Assembly: GCA_963833535.1 (NCBI GenBank)
Contig: CAWHYC010000004.1
Span: forward strand, 78,602 to 142,601
Direction: 5' to 3'
From: an uncultured Chloroflexia bacterium
GTDB taxonomy: Bacteria > Chloroflexota > Limnocylindria > Limnocylindrales > CSP1-4
DNA: 64,000 bases
Shown: piece by piece, positions 30,105 to 40,452 of the stretch
Numbering within the stretch: position 1 is the first letter of the stretch
Layout of the letters: each line of letters begins with the position of its first letter
Translations under genes and position numbers: made by a program
The notes under the pieces: model-generated
The model's database searches: none
What the model was told of the DNA's origin: nothing
What the model saw: only the letters and a program-made list of their open reading frames with translations

Positions 30105-31421
30105 ATGTCAGACCGACCTCATGCCGCAAGGCTCGCCGCTCGCATCCTCGTCCCGCTCGTGGCCGCGACCCTGGTCGCCGCCTGCGCCGTCTCCAGTCCC
30201 TCTCCCTCGCCCTTGCCGACGGCGTCGCCCGAACGGACTGGCGGCATCGTCAGTCCGAGCCCGATCCCGACCACCGGCCCCAGCCCCAGCCCGGCGCCAA
30301 GCCTCAGCCCGGCCGAGCTCGAGGCCCTCATCGCCGCGACCGAGGCGTCGGTGCCGCCCATCCGCCAACTCGAGCCTACGAGCAAGGTCCCCGACCGGAT
30401 CGTCGACGAGGCAGGCCTGAAAGCCGACCTCGAGCGCTTCATCGCCGAAGGGGCCACGCCCGAGGAGTACGCCGTGCAGGCGCGCCTCGGCGAGCGCCTG
30501 GGGTTCTTCCCTCTCGGCACCGACCTGGCCGCCACCCAGCTCGAGCTGCTGGGCGACCAGGTGCTCGGCTATTACGACGACAAGCGGAATGAGATGGCCG
30601 TCGTCCAGCGGGGCGGCGCCTTCGGACCGCTGGAGCGGGTGACGCTGGCACACGAGTACACGCACGCCCTCCAGGACCAGCACTTCGACCTCGGCAGCCT
30701 GGACCGCGAGGACCTCTCCAACGGCGACCGCTCGTTGGCGCGCACGGCGCTGGTCGAGGGCGACGCCTCACTGCTGACGCAGCAGTGGTCCCTCGCCAAC
30801 ATGACCTTCGCCGAGATCCTGGCCATCACCAAACAGGCGCTCGATCCCGCATCGATGGCGGTCCTCTCACATGTGCCACCGCTCATCGCCCGCCAGCTGA
30901 CGTTCCCGTACCAGGAAGGGCTCGACTTCGCCAACGGGCTGTTCGGCCGGGGCGGCTGGGCCGCGGTCGACGCCGCCTTCGCCACGCCGCCGGACTCGAC
31001 CGAGCAGATCCTCCATCCGGAGAAGTACTCGGCGCACGAGAAGCCGCTGAAGGTCGCCGCGCCGATCGCGGCCAAGGCCCTCGGCCGGGGCTGGTCCGAG
31101 GCCACCCAGGACACGATCGGCGAGCTCGGCACCGCCGTCTGGCTGGAGCCGACCGCCGGCACGCGCGCGGCTGGTGATGCGGCCAGCGGCTGGGGCGGGG
31201 ATCGCGTGGTGCTCTTCGAAGGCCCCGACGATGGCTGGCTGGTCGCCTGGCAGACGGCCTGGGACACGCCTGCCGATGCTGATGCGTTCGCGGTCGCCGC
31301 GCAGGCGCAGGTGGCCACGCTGGCGAACCCCGCGACCGTCGTCCACGTGCCCGGCTCCAGCGACGTCCAGGTCCGGATCGCCAGCGCTGCCGAGCTGCTT
31401 CGGGCACCGGCGGGATCCTGA
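30105..31421 (+). CDS. Lipoprotein, putative zinc metallopeptidase
   Basis: VAAC lipobox, LAHEYTHALQDQHF and ALVEGDA, FPY..G, STEQILHPEKY. Confidence 0.8.
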   Translation: MSDRPHAARLAARILVPLVAATLVAACAVSSPSPSPLPTASPERTGGIVSPSPIPTTGPSPSPAPSLSPAELEALIAATEASVPPIRQLEPTSKVPDRIVDEAGLKADLERFIAEGATPEEYAVQARLGERLGFFPLGTDLAATQLELLGDQVLGYYDDKRNEMAVVQRGGAFGPLERVTLAHEYTHALQDQHFDLGSLDREDLSNGDRSLARTALVEGDASLLTQQWSLANMTFAEILAITKQALDPASMAVLSHVPPLIARQLTFPYQEGLDFANGLFGRGGWAAVDAAFATPPDSTEQILHPEKYSAHEKPLKVAAPIAAKALGRGWSEATQDTIGELGTAVWLEPTAGTRAAGDAASGWGGDRVVLFEGPDDGWLVAWQTAWDTPADADAFAVAAQAQVATLANPATVVHVPGSSDVQVRIASAAELLRAPAGS

Positions 31422-31522
31422 GGGCCGCGCCCCGCAGATCTGCGCCCGTGGCCGCTGAGGCCGCCGATGCGGCTCGCGGCCTGTGGTGTGGCCGCTCGGG
31501 CCGCGTTGAAACGGCCGCGGCG

Positions 31523-33250
31523 CTACATCGACTCCGGCGCCGAGATGCCCATCAGTGACAGGGCATTGGCGAGCGCCAGGCGGGTCGCATCCACGAGCGC
31601 CAGGCGCGCCGACGAGGTCGTCGGATCCTCCGCGTCGACGACTCGCCGGTCGCGATAGTAGGCGTGGAACGTCGTGGCGAGCTCGGTGGCATAGGTCGTC
31701 AACCCCTGCGTCTCCTCGGCCGCCGCGCTGTCCTCGATGACCTCGGGCAGTCGGAGGACGCGGATGCCGAGGGCCACGGCCGCGGGGTCGTCGTCCAGCG
31801 CGCCGACCAGCGAGGCAGCCGGCATCAGGCCGGCGGCCGCTCCCTTGCGCAGGAGCGAGGCGATGCGAGCGTGCGCGTACTGCACGTAGTAGACCGGGTT
31901 CTCCGCCGACTGCGTCTTGGCCAGCTCGATGTCGAAGTCGATGCCGACGGTGTGGCCGCGCGCCGCGAAGAACCAGCGCGCGGCGTCGACGCCGATCTCG
32001 GCCAGCAGCTCGTCGAGCGTGATGAACTCGCCGGAGCGCTTGGACATCGAGATCTCCTGGCCGTCGCGCACGAAACGCACCCAGGCGATGAGCAGCATCT
32101 GGACCGCATCACGGTCGAAACCCATGGCTTCGGCGGCATTGCGGACACGGGCGACCGTGCCGTGGTGGTCGGCGCCCCAGATGTAGATGAGGTGGTCGAA
32201 GCCGCGGCTGAACTTCTCGACGACGTAGCCGATGTCGGCCGCGAAGTACGTTGTCGTGCCGTCCGACTTGCGGATCACGCGGTCCTTGTCGTCGCCGTAG
32301 GCGGTCGATCGGAACCACGTCGCCCCGTCCTGCTCGTAGACCAGGCCATGCTCACGCAGTCGCTCGACGGCGCGCTCGACCCAGCCGTGATCGTGCAGCG
32401 AGCTTTCAGTCTTCCAGACATCGAAGAGGACGCCGAGTTGCGCCAGCGAGGCCTCGATCCCGGCGCGCACCCGCTCCGATGCCCAGGCGCCGATGATCCC
32501 ATCGCCGCCCACGCCGATGCTCCCGTCAGAGTCGACCTCGGCGTCGGCCGCGGCGCTGGCTTCGACCGCTCGCGCCCAGACCTCATCCGGCAGCTCGGCC
32601 GCCAGCTCGGCCACGTAGGCTCCGCGATAGGCCTCCTGGGGCAGCGGCTGGCCGGCACGGAGTGCTCGCACCGACGCCCCGAGCACACGGACCTGGACAC
32701 CGAAGTCGTTGAAGTAGTACTCGCGCGTGACGCGATGCCCGGCGCCCTCGAGCACGCGACAGAGAAGGTCGCCGACGAAGGCGCCGCGCGCGTTGCCGAT
32801 GTGCAGCGGGCCGGTCGGGTTGGCGGATACGAACTCGACGTTGACGTGGCGCGGGTTGCCCGATGTCAGCTGCCCGAAGGTCGAGCCTGCCGAGCGGGCG
32901 CCGTCGAGACCGGCGGCCACGAACCCTGGCGCCAGGCGCAGGTTGATGAAGCCTGGTGCGGCGACGTCGACGGCGGACAGGACGGCGCCACCATCCGTGA
33001 CTCGGATCGCTTCGGCCAGCGCCTCGGCGATGGCTAGCGGCGGACGTCGCAGCGGTCGCGCAAGCTTCATGGCCAGGTTGAGCGCGACATCGCCGTGCTC
33101 TGGGTGGCTGGGGTGTTGGATCTCGACGGTCGGCGCCGCAGCATCCGCGGGCAGCGCAGGCAGCTCGCCTCGCTTGACGGCATCGGCCCAGGCATCGGTC
33201 GCCAGCACCCGGACGCGGCTGCGGATCGGCGTGTAGATCGTCGGGGTCAC
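31523..33250 (-). CDS. argS: Arginine--tRNA ligase
   Basis: VEFVSANPTGPLHIG, GADHHG, MSKRSG, YVQYAHAR. Confidence 0.97.
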   Translation of the reverse strand: MTPTIYTPIRSRVRVLATDAWADAVKRGELPALPADAAAPTVEIQHPSHPEHGDVALNLAMKLARPLRRPPLAIAEALAEAIRVTDGGAVLSAVDVAAPGFINLRLAPGFVAAGLDGARSAGSTFGQLTSGNPRHVNVEFVSANPTGPLHIGNARGAFVGDLLCRVLEGAGHRVTREYYFNDFGVQVRVLGASVRALRAGQPLPQEAYRGAYVAELAAELPDEVWARAVEASAAADAEVDSDGSIGVGGDGIIGAWASERVRAGIEASLAQLGVLFDVWKTESSLHDHGWVERAVERLREHGLVYEQDGATWFRSTAYGDDKDRVIRKSDGTTTYFAADIGYVVEKFSRGFDHLIYIWGADHHGTVARVRNAAEAMGFDRDAVQMLLIAWVRFVRDGQEISMSKRSGEFITLDELLAEIGVDAARWFFAARGHTVGIDFDIELAKTQSAENPVYYVQYAHARIASLLRKGAAAGLMPAASLVGALDDDPAAVALGIRVLRLPEVIEDSAAAEETQGLTTYATELATTFHAYYRDRRVVDAEDPTTSSARLALVDATRLALANALSLMGISAPESM

Positions 33251-33414
33251 AGGGGTCGCATGTCCTCCTCGGTGGCGTCCGAAGCGTAGCGGACCGGTGG
33301 CTCGGTCTGCGGGTCGCGCAGCGGCGGTCGAATATCGGTGCCGGCCGTCACCAGAAACGCTCGTCAGCCGTGGTCAGGCCTTGTTCGGTCCGGAGCGGAT
33401 GTGCATGCTGGCAT

Positions 33415-33640
33415 GTGGATAGGGGGGAGTTCCTTCGTCCGCGAGGCACGTACCGCGACTAGCAGTTCCGCAAGAAGCGTTGACCGGCGCCTCTAGCCAC
33501 CCCGCGAGGGCACCGACGGTCGGGTGCGCACCCAACCCAGGGGTTCCCGAGACCCGGGTGAAGGCGGGCTGCAAGGCTCGCCTTCGCCATGTCCGCGACC
33601 TATGGCTGATCCCCGAAGCTACGGGTCAGGTCAGGTTGCG
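33415..33640 (+). ncRNA. Candidate ~200-nt structured ncRNA (possibly 6S-like)
   Basis: TTGTTC-N17-CATGCT promoter; 5' GTGGATA pairs with TGTCCGC; several helices with + strand G-U pairs. Confidence 0.5.
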
Positions 33641-33829
33641 TGGTGCCAGCTGTCGACAGGACATGTGCACTCTTGTGCCGACCGTGCGGTCACGTTGACT
33701 ACGTATTTGTGATTACCCTCCAAAAGTACTAGACGAGTCCTGTGCGCTCGCGCACACTACGGCTCCGCCGCGGTATCGCGACGGCCGTGGACCTATCCCA
33801 CGGCACTCATCATCTCGGGAGTCGCATCG

Positions 33830-35041
33830 ATGATCTCGCGCAGCGTCTTGGGGCGGACTCGGGTGCCCCGTTCGCGATTCGGCCGGCGGATCGCGCTCGG
33901 CGCGATCGTTTCGCTGGCCCTCTACGCCATCCTTGGAGCGACAGCGGTCTCGTTTGCTGCGGCTCCGGAGAAGATCCAGATCTGCCACCGGACTGCTAGC
34001 GCGTCCAACCCTTACGTCGTCAACAATCCGGATGCGAGCGGCGACCTCAACGGTCATCTCGACCACACGGGGCCCATCTTCCCGGCCACGGGTCCGGACG
34101 GCAAGTGGGGCGACATCATCCCGCCGATCCCCGGCGTCATCGACAACGGTTACAACTGGACCACCGCCGGGCAGGCCATCTACAACAACGACTGCAACAT
34201 GCCCGAGCCGGCTGACCCGAGTATCCATGTCGACAAGTCAGCAGACCCGACCACCCTCGACTTTCCCGGCGGCTCCGTGACCTACACGTACGTCGTGACG
34301 AATACCGGCAATGTGCCCCTCTCCGACGTGACCATCGACGACGACACGTGCTCGCCGATCAGCGGCCCGAGCGGTGACGCGAACACGAACGACCTTCTCG
34401 ATCTCACGGAGACCTGGACCTACGAGTGCACCACGGACGTAGGCTCGACGACCAAGAACACCGTGGTCGTCGAGGCCACGTTCGGCGAAGACACGGTTGA
34501 CGACACGGACACGGAGACCGTCACGGTCGGTCCCGAACCTGACGTGCCTGGCATCAACGTCGAGAAGTCAGCCGATCCGACCACTCTTGGCTCCGGCGGC
34601 GGGTCCGTGACCTACACCTACGTCGTCACGAACACCGGCAACGTCGCCCTTTCGAACGTGACCATCGGGGACGACAAGTGCTCGACCATCACCGGTCCGA
34701 CCGGCGATGCCGACACGATCGGCTTGCTCGAGGTCGACGAGACGTGGACCTACACGTGCACCATGAACGTGACCGCGACGACCACGAACACCGTCGTCGT
34801 CGAGGGCACTGCCGGCGAGGACACCGTCAGCGACACCGACCAGGCCACCGTCACCGTGGGCTTGGAGCTGCCGGCCACGGGCACGCCGTCGCCGTCGCCG
34901 TCGTTGCCCAGCACGTCGACCGCCGACGGGCCCGGACAGGGTGGGAGCGGCACGCCGTTAGTTCTCGTGCTGATCCTTCTCGGCGCCGGCGCTGCGGGCC
35001 TCGTGGTCCTGAGCCCGAGCTCGATCCGCATCCGCAAGTAA
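33830..35041 (+). CDS. Cell-surface protein with two DUF11/DUF7507-like repeats and LPxT sorting signal
   Basis: Signal peptide; KSADP...VTYTYVVTNTGNV.LS.VTI.DD repeat x2; LPATG and LPSTST, TM, RIRK. Confidence 0.8.
   Translation: MISRSVLGRTRVPRSRFGRRIALGAIVSLALYAILGATAVSFAAAPEKIQICHRTASASNPYVVNNPDASGDLNGHLDHTGPIFPATGPDGKWGDIIPPIPGVIDNGYNWTTAGQAIYNNDCNMPEPADPSIHVDKSADPTTLDFPGGSVTYTYVVTNTGNVPLSDVTIDDDTCSPISGPSGDANTNDLLDLTETWTYECTTDVGSTTKNTVVVEATFGEDTVDDTDTETVTVGPEPDVPGINVEKSADPTTLGSGGGSVTYTYVVTNTGNVALSNVTIGDDKCSTITGPTGDADTIGLLEVDETWTYTCTMNVTATTTNTVVVEGTAGEDTVSDTDQATVTVGLELPATGTPSPSPSLPSTSTADGPGQGGSGTPLVLVLILLGAGAAGLVVLSPSSIRIRK
34220..34860 (+). repeat. Two intragenic ~330-bp domain repeats
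   Basis: Copies start near 34220 and 34550. Confidence 0.8.
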
Positions 35042-35107
35042 ACGCACCGATCGGCCTCACAGCCGATCGGTGGGCCCGCGACCGGGCCGTCGACCAGGAA
35101 AGACGAA

Positions 35108-35133
35108 GAGGACGCGGCGCAAGCCGCGTCCTC
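35108..35133. terminator. Hairpin terminator between convergent genes
   Basis: GAGGACGCGGC-GCAA-GCCGCGTCCTC. Confidence 0.7.
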
Positions 35134-35167
35134 GTGTCGTTCGACGGGTGTGCAGCGCGCGTTCGGC

Positions 35168-35926
35168 CTAGCTGTCGACCAGGACCTCCATGCCCGGTGC
35201 CGCCAGATCGGACGGGCCGTCGAACGCTCGCCGCGCGATCCTGAGCGACGCGGCGGGGCGTCCCTCGTCGAGGACGTGGGTCAGGATCAATCGCTTCGCT
35301 CGACCGTCGCGAGCGACGCCGGCAGCCTGCTCCGCGGTCATGTGCCAGGCTGCCTCGACGGACGCGATGGCGCCCCAGGCGGCCTCAGACAGCAGGGTAT
35401 CGCCTGGCTGGACGAGCTCCAGCAGGTCCTGGGGTCGGCCGCAATCGCCGGAGTACACGATGCCCGGGCGACCGTCGGCCATCGAGACCCGAAAGCCGTA
35501 CGAGTCGTCGGTGTGGGTCACGCGCCCTGCTTCGACCGTCAGCGCACCCACGCGGTAGGCACCCACCGAGAGGGTCGGCCCCGGCAACTCGTCGAGAAAG
35601 CCCTGGACCCCGTTGAGCACGTCGTAGCGCTCCCGGATGCCAGCGGGCGCCGTGAGTGGCACCGAGCCCTCGGTGCCGCCGCCGTACTTGAGGTAGTGGC
35701 GCATCGGCACCAGGTCGATGTGATGATCGGGATGCAGGTGGCTGACGAAGATGCCGTCGATCGAGCGCGGCTCCATGCGTGCACCGAGAGACGCGAACGA
35801 GCCATGCCCGATGTCGAGGACGATGCGCGTTCCGCCACCCTCGACGACGTAGCACGACGAGGTACGGCCGCGACGGCGCGTGTAGGCAGGCCCGGGACCG
35901 ACCACCGTCAGGCGCAACTCAGGCAT
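35168..35926 (-). CDS. MBL-fold metallo-hydrolase (RNase Z/YhfI-like)
   Basis: SHLHPDH, YSGD, EAA, H, LTH motifs. Confidence 0.88.
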   Translation of the reverse strand: MPELRLTVVGPGPAYTRRRGRTSSCYVVEGGGTRIVLDIGHGSFASLGARMEPRSIDGIFVSHLHPDHHIDLVPMRHYLKYGGGTEGSVPLTAPAGIRERYDVLNGVQGFLDELPGPTLSVGAYRVGALTVEAGRVTHTDDSYGFRVSMADGRPGIVYSGDCGRPQDLLELVQPGDTLLSEAAWGAIASVEAAWHMTAEQAAGVARDGRAKRLILTHVLDEGRPAASLRIARRAFDGPSDLAAPGMEVLVDS

Positions 35927-35956
35927 CGTGCGCGTCAGCGTACGACATGCCAGCTG

Positions 35957-36630
35957 TCAGCTTGGCGACAGTCCGTTGCCTGGCATGCTCGACGCCGCGG
36001 CCCAGCACTCGTCGATCCGATCGACAAGCTCGGTGAGCGAGTCGACGACCAGGACGGCCGCCGTCGGAGCTGCGCGGATGATCACGCCGAAGGGGCCGCG
36101 GCGAAGCCAGACCGGCCGCATGCCTGCGGCCGCTGAGGGCAGCACGTCGTTGTCCACCCGATCGCCGACGTACGCCACGTCGCCCGCCTCGGGTCCGCCC
36201 ATCAGCAGGAGCGCCCGGGCGAAGAAGGCGGGGTCGGGCTTGCGCACGCCCCACTCGTCGCTCATGGCCATCACGTCGGGCGCGAAGCCCAAGGCTCGCA
36301 GCTCGGCTGTGCGCGCTGCCGGCTGGTTGGCGATGATGGCCACGCGATAGCCGAGCGCGCGCAGCGCGTCGACCGCGGGCAGCGCGTCGGGGTAGAGGTC
36401 ATCGATGCGAAAGCCGCCATAGCGGGCCTCGACCGCCTCCATCATCGGCCGCCAGTCGGGCGTCCCGACCAGCTCGAAGACGTCGCGGAAGTCCTGGCCG
36501 CGATCGAGGACGGCGCCGAATGCGGCCATGAAGGTCAGCCGTGGGATGCCCAGCACGTCGGCCCACGTGGCCCAGACACGCGTCTCGTCGATGAGCGTCT
36601 CGCCGACGTCGAGACAGACCCAGCGGCCCA

Positions 36631-36631
<1 letters not shown>
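35957..36631 (-). CDS. HAD family hydrolase
   Basis: DVGETL, KPDP, VGDRVDNDV. Confidence 0.88.
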
Positions 36632-37845
<1,214 letters not shown>

Positions 37846-37849
37846 GCTG

Positions 37850-38939
37850 TCAGACTCCTCCTGCGGCAGCAGGACGACCTTGCCGGCGTGGCCCAGCGGC
37901 GACGAGGTCGAAGGCCTCGTCGATAGTCGGCCAGCGGCAGCCGATGGGTGATGATGGGTGTCAGGTCGAGGCCCTCTTCGAGCAGCGCCGTGGTCCGGTA
38001 CCAGGTCTCGAACATGCGTCGGCCAGTGATGCCGTAGACACGGATGCCCTTGAAGATCACCTCCTCGGAGAGGTCCATTGTCGCCGGCTGGGCGTGGGTG
38101 CCGAGGAGCGAGATGCGGCCGCCATTGGTCAGCGCTGCGAGGCCTTGGTGCAGCGCCGCCTCCGAACCGGACATCTCCAGCACGACGTCGACCCCGTCGC
38201 CGTCGGTCAGCGTCCTCAGTCGGGCGACCACGTCGTCGCGCGCGTCGATGACCTCGTCGCGCGCCCATCCGACGGGCGATCTCGAGGCGTTCCGGCGTTG
38301 AGGTCGGTGGCGAAGACATGACGGGCCCCGGCAAGACGGGCGATGGCGACCGCCATCAGGCCGATCGGCCCGCAGCCGAGTGACGACGACGCTCTGTCCG
38401 GCGATCTCTTCCACGAAGGCCGCGTGGACCGCGTTGCCCATCGGCTCCTGCAGCGCGGCCACTTCCGGGGTCAGCCCCTCGCTGACCCAGGCGTTGGTCT
38501 CCGGGATGACCGCATATTGTGCGAACGAGCCGGGCGCATGGACGCCGAGGATGCGCAGGTGCTGACAGACGTGGGCCCGCCCGGTCCGGCACTGGTAGCA
38601 GGTCCAGTCGACGAGGTGTGTCTCGGCCGCGACGAGCTCGCCGAGGCCGACGCGCCCGGTGCCTGGGCCGTGCGCGACCACGATGCCGGCCATCTCGTGC
38701 CCGAAGATCATCGGGGGCACGACGTGCTCCTGGGCCCACGCATCCCAGCGCTCGATGTGGACGTCGGTGCCACAGACGCTGGCGGCCAGGACCTTGACCA
38801 GCACCTCGCCCGGGCCGGGTTGGGGCAGCGGCACCTCGCGAAGCTCAGCGCCCGGAGCTGCCGTGGCCTTGACGAGGGCGCGCATCGTGCGCGGCAAGGC
38901 CACCGGCTCGACCGCCTCCAACGCCGCGCGCTGGGTCAT
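37850..38939 (-). CDS. tdh: L-threonine 3-dehydrogenase; several frameshifts
   Basis: VCGTDVHI, GHE, QEPMGNAVH, GCGPIG (shifted), LEMSG, GITGRRMFETW. Confidence 0.88.
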
Positions 38940-38979
38940 CGTCAGCCGCGCGGACCGGTCTGGGTCATGTGGCCGTCGC

Positions 38980-39867
38980 TCAGCGGAAGCACAGGCCGCG
39001 CTCTGGCGCGGCCGGCGGGTCGATCCATTGCTCGGCGAAGGCGATGCCCTGCGCGGCGACGGCCTCGTCGGCCAGCAGCTCGCGGTCCCACGACACGTAC
39101 GCGAACCGCGTCGCCATGTCGTCGAATTGCGCGACGAGGACCTTGTTGGGCACACCGCATGAGATCGCGCCGTCGGTCGTAGGGGTGTCGTCGAAGACCG
39201 TCTTGAGCTCGGCGAGCTCGGCCGCGGAGGGACAGCTCTTGCCGTCGGCGCCACAGCTGTAGAGCGCGAGCACGAAGCCGTGCTCGAGGTTGTGGACCCA
39301 CTGCTGTGGCTGGATCGGCTCCTCCGGTCCATAGAAGGCTCGCGGTGCGGGCGCTTCGCCGGCGATCGCCCAATGGTTGCCCGACGCCGGCGGACAGTAG
39401 GCGTAGTCGATGACCTGGTTCGTGTCCCGGACATGCGACCGGCCAAGGTCGTCGACGGGGAACCCGACGCGTTGGGTCGGGCCCGGCTCCGGCGTCGGTC
39501 GAGGCGTGGCGGTCGCGCCCGCCGCCAGGCTCGGCTGGGGGCTGTTCGGGTCAGGCGTCGCGGTCGACGTGGGGGACGCGGTGGCGGACGGAGCGGACTC
39601 GATCGGCCCTGGCGTCAGCATGCTGCCGCAGGCGTAGGTCTTCGAGGTCGACGACACGACGAAGACGGAGAGCAGGATGAGGACGCCCGCGACCGTGAAG
39701 GCCAACAGCAGGATGCCACCGAAGCGGTCCAGGAAGCCGCGCTGGGTCTGGGTCACCCGCCGGCTGCGACGCCCCGCCCGGGCCGTGCCCGACGGGCTCG
39801 TGGAGGTCGAGGACTGAGCGGCCTCGGTCGCGCGTCGATCGCGCTCGCGACGAGTCGGTTTTGCCAC
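38980..39867 (-). CDS. DUF3105 domain membrane protein
   Basis: PPASGNHW and VHNLEHG motifs after one TM. Confidence 0.8.
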   Translation of the reverse strand: MAKPTRRERDRRATEAAQSSTSTSPSGTARAGRRSRRVTQTQRGFLDRFGGILLLAFTVAGVLILLSVFVVSSTSKTYACGSMLTPGPIESAPSATASPTSTATPDPNSPQPSLAAGATATPRPTPEPGPTQRVGFPVDDLGRSHVRDTNQVIDYAYCPPASGNHWAIAGEAPAPRAFYGPEEPIQPQQWVHNLEHGFVLALYSCGADGKSCPSAAELAELKTVFDDTPTTDGAISCGVPNKVLVAQFDDMATRFAYVSWDRELLADEAVAAQGIAFAEQWIDPPAAPERGLCFR

Positions 39868-40040
39868 GGTGGTCGAGGGGCCCTCATGAAGCGGACCGGG
39901 CAGTCGCGGACCGCGGTGGTCTCGCGCGCCCGGATCGAGTGAGCTGGGACCCGCACAGGGTACCGCAGACGCCCGGCATGGCGCCCTGAGCAAGCCACCC
40001 GGGGCTCGCTGCGTCGGTCGCCTGCCGGAGCGACCAGGCC

Positions 40041-40412
40041 CTACGGCTCGGCGAACCAGCTCCGCGAGGCGGGCCTGCGCAACGCCCGGAAGAGGATCAC
40101 AGCAACGACCAGGGCGAACAGTGCGCCGGGCAGCCCGGCGTAGACACCGAGCACGGCGATGAGCGGGATGGTCAAGCTGGCCAGGCCGAGTGAGAGCATG
40201 TAGGCGGCCTGCTTGCGCTGGATGACCAGGGTCATGGTGAAGATGAGGTAGGCCAGCAGGAGCATCCAGAGGATGCCGATGCCCGAGACGGGTGCCTCGA
40301 CCGCCTGGTCGATGACCAGCGGCAGCGTGAGGCCGATGAAGGCCAGGACGATGAAGGCGTAGGCCATGAAGATGCGCACGCCGCCGGGCATGGCGCGAAA
40401 GGTCTGGAGCAT
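40041..40412 (-). CDS. Small four-TM hypothetical membrane protein
   Basis: Hydrophobic ORF; TACCAT -10 box 7 nt upstream of ATG. Confidence 0.7.
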   Translation of the reverse strand: MLQTFRAMPGGVRIFMAYAFIVLAFIGLTLPLVIDQAVEAPVSGIGILWMLLLAYLIFTMTLVIQRKQAAYMLSLGLASLTIPLIAVLGVYAGLPGALFALVVAVILFRALRRPASRSWFAEP

Positions 40413-40452
40413 CGTTCCGATGGTACCGCCGAGCCCGTCGGGCTCGCTCCGG

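Noticed and set aside
33250-33800. T-box riboswitch for argS or c-di-GMP riboswitch
   Set aside because: No GGTGGNACCGCG on the argS strand; AAGCTACGGGTC lacks the flanking GGCAAA/GACGCA elements
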